The notes under the pieces: generated by a model
What the model saw: the letters and a program-made list of their open reading frames with translations, nothing else
Database searches by the model: none
Told to the model about the DNA's origin: nothing
Shown: positions 60,518 through 64,000 of the stretch, in pieces
Position numbering within the stretch: position 1 is the stretch's first letter
Layout: each line of letters begins with the position of its first letter
Program-made: the position numbers and the translations under genes
DNA from: a virus
Virus record (IMG/VR): IMGVR_UViG_3300029258_005088
Length of the DNA: 64,000 nt
Reading direction: 5' to 3' (one strand)

Positions 60518-63274
60518 ATATAGATTTCCCAGGTGTGGTCGTCGTACACCTTGAGCAACCAGATGGATCCATCCGGAAGCTGCCAGCTCGTTAGCCTGAA
60601 TGACTTTCCACGAACCGGGTGGTGGTACCCGCCATCCACTCTCTGGGTTGCCTTATGTTCAATCAGGAGCGCCTTCAACTGGCTCCGCCCCGTCTTCTCC
60701 GTAGTCTGGGTCTTCGCCTTCATTGAGTTGCTCCTCTATCCTATTTACGAGGTTGTACGTCACGGTGTCGTGACTCTCCGAGATTATCGCCTCTATAGGA
60801 TCTACCATTTCTTTTCTAATGATCGAAGCCTCTATCCTGAGAACTTCCTTCAAAGTCTCGACCTTTTCTTCTTTGGTCAGACTATCGTACTTCTGCCTGG
60901 TCGTCGCCTCGGTAACCGCAGACAACAACCTTCCGCGTATCTGCATGCCAAGAACGACGCGCCTCTGTGCAACGGTCTCCGCTGCCTTGCGGTCCATGCC
61001 TTTCTTCGTCAAGCGCACTACCTCTGCGGCGACGTCCATCTTCGTCTGCTGGGACATCGCCTCGACCCAGCTATCCGTATCGCTCATGTCTACTCCGGGG
61101 GTTTGTAGTTCACGGTACACAAGCTATAACCCTTCCTGGACGCGACTTCAAGAACGTTGTCGTAGTCTTCTTCGTCAAACCCCAGATCTCCCCAGAGTTC
61201 TTTCAGAAGCTTTCCGCTCTCGTCGTCATCCGCCATGAAGGAACGTCGAATATGCCGGACCTTGATCTCCGGAGAGAAGAACTTCTCCATTCTATCCGTC
61301 ATGGTCGTCATGCCTGAGCTCCTCTATGGTTCTTCCGCAGACGTGGGGAAGAAACCCGTCGCACTGCATCTCGTCCGCCGTTTCCATCTCCTCTTCGGAA
61401 GTTGTCTCATGCCCTTGGGCCGCAAGCCAGTGATCCACCTGGATGAGGTAATCTCCATAGGCCATATCGCATACGTCCTGCTCCAGCTCTCCGCCTATCC
61501 ACTCCTCAAGGAAGCCGACGGCAACCGTTCTGACGTACTCCTCGATATTGCCTTTGTCGTCCTTCACCTCGAACAGCAGAGGCTGATCCGAGAACTCTAT
61601 GATTTCGACTAGCGTGCTTAGATCGTCGACTTCGCAGTACTTCCTCGCGAACGCGTCGATCTCATGCATGCTCTGCCGGCATCTATCCAGCAATTCTTTC
61701 AGTTTCTTCATCGGACTCCTTCGCTACGAAACACCACCCGTCGATGGTCCAGTACTCCGTACCGTCTATCTCGCACTTCCTGGCTTCGTACGTATTCAAT
61801 TCTCGCTGATCGGATCCGGGCTCGGAACCGTCGTCGTAGAAAAACTGAATACGGTGTTCAGTTTCTTCCTCCAGGGTGAAACCCTCTGCCTTCAGGAATC
61901 GGAGCATCTCCGGCTTCTCGAAGTAAGGCTCTCTCCATCCGTTCCAGTAGGAGTTGTGATCCATCATGCAGTCGAACCACTCCTCCGTGTTGATGGCCAC
62001 CTTTGCAGGCGCCCAGTCCATGCTATAGGTGGTCTCCTCCGCGGCCGTCTTCGGAATGCGGCACTGGAATCCCCCGCCAAGAGGGAAGCAAATGTAATGA
62101 TCACGCTCTTCTTCGCGTACGTCATAGTACATCTCGTCTACTTTAATCAATCGACTCACACTGTATCTCCGCTTCGTATTCGGGATCGGACTCCGATACC
62201 TGGTTGAAATTGAGACCACCTGCCTTCTCCAAGGCCTTCTCCTCGGCTTCCGCAACGGAGCGGGCCTTGACGATGACCTTCATCGTACGGGTGGTCGTTC
62301 GCTTGAGCTCTCCCGAGAACTTCCGCTCCCGTGGGGGAAAGTCTATCCGAATGCCAAGCTGATCCGCAAGCTCTCCGGACTCCAGAGCCTCTCTGACGAT
62401 AGCTTCATGGAACTCTCTTCCTCGGGATGCTCTCATCTTCTCCAGCCTGCCGTCGTGCTTCTGTCTGTAGCAGGGCAGGTCTCTGACGTCGAACTCGTGA
62501 CCGGCCTCGGGATCCCACAGGTCTTCCTCGTTCTCGAAGACCTTGTACCAGTCTGACAGGGCAACTCTCTCGGAGAGGTCGGTCTCGTCGTTCTTGTAGA
62601 CGTGGTAAATCGGATAGCCTTCTACTAGGAAGGCCAGATCCGGCTTGACCCAATCACTTACGTATGGCATCGTCTTGCTTCCTGGCCTCCGTGGCCTTCA
62701 GGGTTACCGTAGCGAGCCATCGCACGCAAGCGATGACCATTCGGAAAGCGGACAGCAGACAGTTCTTCAACTCTTCCAATGCCTCTTTGCCCTCAGGCTG
62801 TTTCTTTTTCGTCATTCTCGAATTCCTCCTTTCCTTTTCTGCACGGCCTGCAGAGACCGTCTTCTATGGGACCGAACGTGGTCCAGCCCTCTTGTTCGAA
62901 CAGCAGCATATCGTAGCTGCCTTCCGGCTCGTCGTCGGCTTCATGGCCACACAGCCTGCAGAACTGGTCTACCACTCGATCTTCTTCTTTCTCGGTACTT
63001 TCCATTTCAACTTTCCGTGCTTTTCTTCGAACTTGTCCATCGCCTCATTTCTACTGGAGGCTCTGACGAAGTCCTGGAAACCGTGGTCGTTCATGGCGCA
63101 ATACAAGTTGGCCGGCATGCCCCAGAAGGCACCGCCCTCGTCATAGCAACCATCTATGAACCGTACGTAGAAACAACGCATCGGCTTGTCCTTCCCGTCG
63201 GTGCATCTCGAACGCCCCATGGGGGCTCCGTACCGACACGGAACCGGGGGAAGCTGTGGGTTTTTCATCGACAT
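60514..63274 (-). other. Eight accessory ORFs
   Basis: 60514-60723, 60659-61087, 61090-61311, 61292-61711, 61683-62132, 62143-62670 (DpnD/PcfM-like C-terminus), 62793-63005, 62969-63274. Confidence 0.55.
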
Positions 63275-63552
63275 CAGGCACCTGCCAGACGGGATCCCGC
63301 CATGAATTCACGAACATCTGCTGGGTGTATCCGTAGCTGCTGTCCGATTTTAATGATCGGGATGCTTCCCGCGTTTATGAGTCTTCGTACACTCGTCGAG
63401 GATATGTTCAGGAAGTGGGCCACAGATCCTTCCGTAAGCAGCTCTTCAAGAGGAAGTTCCTGCTTCACAGATTTAGTGTTGACCTCTATGCTTCCGGTTA
63501 TCTCCGCACGGAAAACCATCAGGTTAGCTTTCTTTCTTTTCTTACTCTTCAT
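63274..63552 (-). CDS. Excisionase/MerR-like helix-turn-helix protein
   Basis: SVAHFLNISSTSVRRLINAGSIPIIKIGQQLRIHPADVREF. Confidence 0.8.
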   Translation of the reverse strand: MKSKKRKKANLMVFRAEITGSIEVNTKSVKQELPLEELLTEGSVAHFLNISSTSVRRLINAGSIPIIKIGQQLRIHPADVREFMAGSRLAGA

Positions 63553-64000
63553 CAGTAACTACTATTGTTGCAATGGCCGTGGCTGAAGCGGTACTCTCTG
63601 AGTTCCTCCGCAGTCATGTGGCCGTATTTCTCTTTGGCAACCTCGAGCATCTCGGGGAGCGTCTTCTCGTTTCCCCAGACACCGACGTTGCGCTCCTTGT
63701 CCTTGCTCTTTTCCATCTTGACGCGCTCCTGCCTTACCCAGTCTTCGTATACCTCCGGGAAATCCGTTGCAAGCCACAGGAGCTCCTGCAGGTTCGCCCA
63801 CGGACACTTCAGACAACAGCTGGGCCAAGGGACTCTGTCTCCATGGCTACGCATGTAATCCTGGCACTTCTGCCTGTCCATACCTCTGTCTATCAAGGGA
63901 TAGGACTTCTCCAGACAAAGCTCCTGCCACTTGGCATGATGCCGGGCCTTGGCTACGCGCTTCTCCTCGCCGGCGGCTATGCCCAGCAGGATCCGGATCT
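63552..64000 (-). CDS. PAPS-reductase-like protein, paralog 3 (5' end outside window)
   Basis: Frame open to 64000: ILLGIAAGEEKR...YPLIDRGMDRQKC...PSCCLKCPW. Confidence 0.7.
   Translation of the reverse strand, partial: IRILLGIAAGEEKRVAKARHHAKWQELCLEKSYPLIDRGMDRQKCQDYMRSHGDRVPWPSCCLKCPWANLQELLWLATDFPEVYEDWVRQERVKMEKSKDKERNVGVWGNEKTLPEMLEVAKEKYGHMTAEELREYRFSHGHCNNSSY

Noticed and set aside
1-64000. Stop-codon reassignment, tRNA or rRNA genes
   Set aside because: TAA, TAG and TGA all end genes at tight junctions; no T-loop/cloverleaf or rRNA-like segment found by eye

Overview
A 64-kb segment of a GC-rich, large (probably jumbo) bacteriophage genome. Essentially all genes lie on the minus strand, tightly packed, with AGGAG-type RBSs, sigma70-like promoters and standard stop codons. 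No tRNA, rRNA, CRISPR array or integrase was seen. Layout: (i) 1-13.5 kb, a glycosylation/methylation cluster (GT25-, GT32-, GT8-, GT2-, GT29-, GT9- and Maf/DUF115-like proteins, three SAM methyltransferase domains) plus a papain-like protease and an HD hydrolase. (ii) 13.5-20.4 kb, Zn-ribbon proteins, a PD-(D/E)xK nuclease, a HAD phosphatase, a receiver-domain protein, a TM+GAF (holin-like) protein and low-complexity K-x-A-rich proteins. (iii) 20.5-24.9 kb, the standout: eight genes separated by seven covarying ~90-nt structured repeats that fit the twister-sister self-cleaving ribozyme fold. Six carry an extra hairpin whose loop (CUCCUU or UUCCUU) is complementary to the downstream Shine-Dalgarno; copy 5 keeps only CCUU. 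This suggests a ribozyme-punctuated operon in which self-cleavage releases and switches on each mRNA. (iv) 25-64 kb, about 90 short accessory genes including a GHKL ATPase-HExxH fusion, an HNH-AP2 endonuclease, YkgJ-like Cys clusters, three PAPS-reductase-family paralogs and an excisionase-like HTH. All assignments come from motif reading, without database searches.
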